The translations under genes and the position numbers were made by a program. A stretch of 63,749 bases of DNA, the filler included, from Octopus bimaculoides (taxonomy: Eukaryota): the NCBI RefSeq assembly GCF_001194135.2. It is 11 parts of 10 records of this genome, joined end to end, with 100 filler letters (N's around TTAATTAATTAA, not from the genome) between each part and the next. Parts side by side here need not be neighbours in the genome. Positions count along the whole stretch, not along the records: positions 62,666 to 63,749 come from NW_026353296.1; 10 more parts are not named here. One strand, written 5' to 3'. The notes beneath the pieces were generated by a model. That model was not told the DNA's origin and searched no databases. It saw only the letters and a list, made by a program, of their open reading frames with translations. Position 1 is the first letter of the stretch. Each line of letters starts with the position of its first letter. Positions 62,666 through 63,749 of the stretch are shown here, piece by piece.

Positions 62666-63749
62666 AGGGGTGAAAAAAGTATTCGTACAGAATAAATTTA
62701 TGACTTTCTATGCCATAAAATGCTGTTAAAATAATTGGTTTTTTTTTACTAGAAGTTTCTCGTTTGTTCCAATAATCTTATCAGTGGTCATTTTTAAATG
62801 TCAAAATGCTAGCTTTTTCATTCAGCACTGAGACAACATAAAGTAATGTCGTAATAATGGCGAAAAGTAAAGAACTCACAAATTCAGTGAAAAACTTAAT
62901 TATTGAACAGTGAAAAGCAGGTAAAAGTTACAGAAAAATATCAGAGACCCTTTGTATTCCATTTTCTACCATATTTTCATTTATTCAAAGATATAAAAAA
63001 ATCGGGAACTGTTGAAAACAGAAGAAGATCCGGTGCACCATGCAAGATCTGTAAGAAAAATGAAGTGAAGTATCGGAAAAAAATGCAATGATCACCAGAA
63101 AGGAGTTGCAAGAAGATTTGTTAGCTTCAAGGACTAGTGTTACACTACGAACAATCAGCAATGAACTGAAGTCATGCTCTCCTAGAAAAACTCCACTGTT
63201 GACTAAAAGGCATAGAGATGCCCGTTTAAAATTTGTTTATGAACATAAAGATAAATCTGATACATTCTGGGAGAATGTTCTTTGGACAGACAAGTCGAAA
63301 ATTGAATTGTTTGGACAAAATTCGTGTAGCCATGTTTGGAGGAAAGATGGTACCACCTATTCGCCGAAAAACACAATTCCTACTATAAAGTTTGGAGGTG
63401 GCAATATCATTGTGTAGGGGTGTTTCTTTGCAAATGGCACTAGCAATTTACATGTGATAGATGGTAGAATGAATGCAGAGATGTACCAAAATATTTTGAA
63501 CAATAATTTATGGGACTCTATAGAAAAGCTCCAGCTTTGTGAAGGGTGGGTTTTACAACAGAATAACAACCCNNNNNNNNNNTACCAAAAATGGATTGTC
63601 AATCACAATATAAAATTATTAGAATGGCCAAGCCAGTCACCTGACTTGAACCCCATTGAAAATTTGTGGCGTTATTTGAAAATTAAAACTCAATCAAACC
63701 CCCAATGTGCATTCCAGATTTGAAGAAAATTTGTCAAGAAGAATGGGAA
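62666..63749 (+). mobile_element. Tc1 (DD34E-type) transposon, inactivated, runs off the window end
   Basis: TIR-like aggggtgaaaaaagtattcg; ATG at 62857 begins MAKSKELT. Motifs include RKTPLL, VLWTDKSK, IKFGGGNIIV, QQNN and [17 protein letters not shown] few stops and frameshifts. Confidence 0.93.

Overview
Repeat-rich, gap-rich eukaryotic genomic DNA. It is almost certainly a coleoid cephalopod and most likely Octopus, inferred from S-crystallin-type exons and typical octopod SINE families. I see no rRNA, bona fide tRNA or CRISPR array. Nearly all ORFs in the track are microsatellite or N-gap artefacts or transposon debris. Three host loci are supported, all on the + strand. (1) A candidate small secreted-peptide gene with a signal-peptide exon at 6326-6389 and an in-frame second exon at 9608-9693. 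(2) A short, Met-poor S-crystallin/sigma-GST gene with clear exons at 12962-13057 and 19025-19140; its other exons probably lie in gaps. (3) A secreted CAP/SCP-superfamily gene with exons at 25859-26005 and 27743-27844. The rest is decayed mobile DNA: R4/Dong-like, CR1-like, RTE and Penelope retroelements, a Gypsy fragment, mariner/Tc1 elements, hAT and Tc1/pogo MITEs, Helentron-type non-autonomous elements, many tRNA-derived SINEs and microsatellites. The best leads are the unannotated-looking peptide gene, (TACA)n-associated R4-like LINEs, a compact H-type pseudoknot at 40799-40847 and a hammerhead-like motif near 44340. I cannot support a wholly new multi-gene system. All family assignments are by eye, without database searches, and the ends of degenerate elements are approximate.
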